Positions 63,546-64,000 of a stretch of DNA of 64,000 nt are shown here, one piece after another; the stretch's first letter is position 1; each line of letters begins with the position of its first letter. A program made the position numbers and the translations under genes. Source of the DNA: Octopus sinensis (lineage: Eukaryota); NCBI RefSeq assembly GCF_006345805.1, contig NC_043009.1, positions 41,292,001 to 41,356,000 on the forward strand. Direction: 5' to 3'. Under the pieces are notes generated by a model that saw nothing but the letters and a program-made list of their open reading frames with translations, had not been told where the DNA came from and searched no databases.

Positions 63546-64000
63546 CTATAGTACTTAGGATTATTCTTTTACTTGTTTCAGTCGCTGATCTGCAGTCCTG
63601 CCTGAGCACCACCGATTCCAGTACTTATTTCAATTCCAGTACTTAATCTATAGATCGCTTTTTCGCCGAACCACTTGATGGCGGAGACATAAACAAACCA
63701 ACACCGGTGGTCAACAGTACACATGCTCGCGCACATATAATCATCTAAGAATCCATATATTAAAAAAACAAAGCAATCGATTTTACACAAGAGAGTTTCC
63801 AATCAGCCCTTCCGACGAGCGCCGGGATTGGTAAAAATCGGAGGAAATCGATAATACTGTATTTTATAGATATTGGTTTCAAATTTTGGCACAAGACCCG
63901 CAATTTCAGGGGAGGAGTAAGTCGATTATATCGACCCCAGTACTCAGCTGATACTTATTTTATCGATACCGAAAGGATGAACGACAAAATCGACCGCGGC

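Overview
Eukaryotic, AT-rich, repeat-dense genomic DNA. The SINE, RTE and MITE families and the long (TA/CA/GATA)n tracts look like an octopus or other coleoid cephalopod genome; this is my recognition, not a search result. The only confidently identifiable protein-coding sequence is two spliced + strand exons (31392-31445, 33400-33485) encoding part of the BAR domain of an ASAP-family ArfGAP. Their intron is about half filled by a 32-bp minisatellite, and I found no other ASAP exon in the window. On the - strand there are three well-delimited, frame-preserving exons (18023-18088, 2818-2898, 446-499) and a probable first exon/promoter near 51.0-51.4 kb, where CpG-poor sequence gives way to CpG-rich sequence. 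These suggest an unidentified antisense gene that may span the ASAP exons. The rest is decayed mobile DNA: mariner, Tc1, a second Tc1/mariner element, a Penelope-like element, a deleted Gypsy, CR1/RTE/L1-type LINE fragments, three tRNA-derived SINE families plus an RTE-tail family, and hAT/piggyBac/mariner MITEs. Nearly all ORFs in the supplied track are artefacts of microsatellites or repeats. All translations and alignments were done by eye; repeat boundaries are approximate unless stated as exact.
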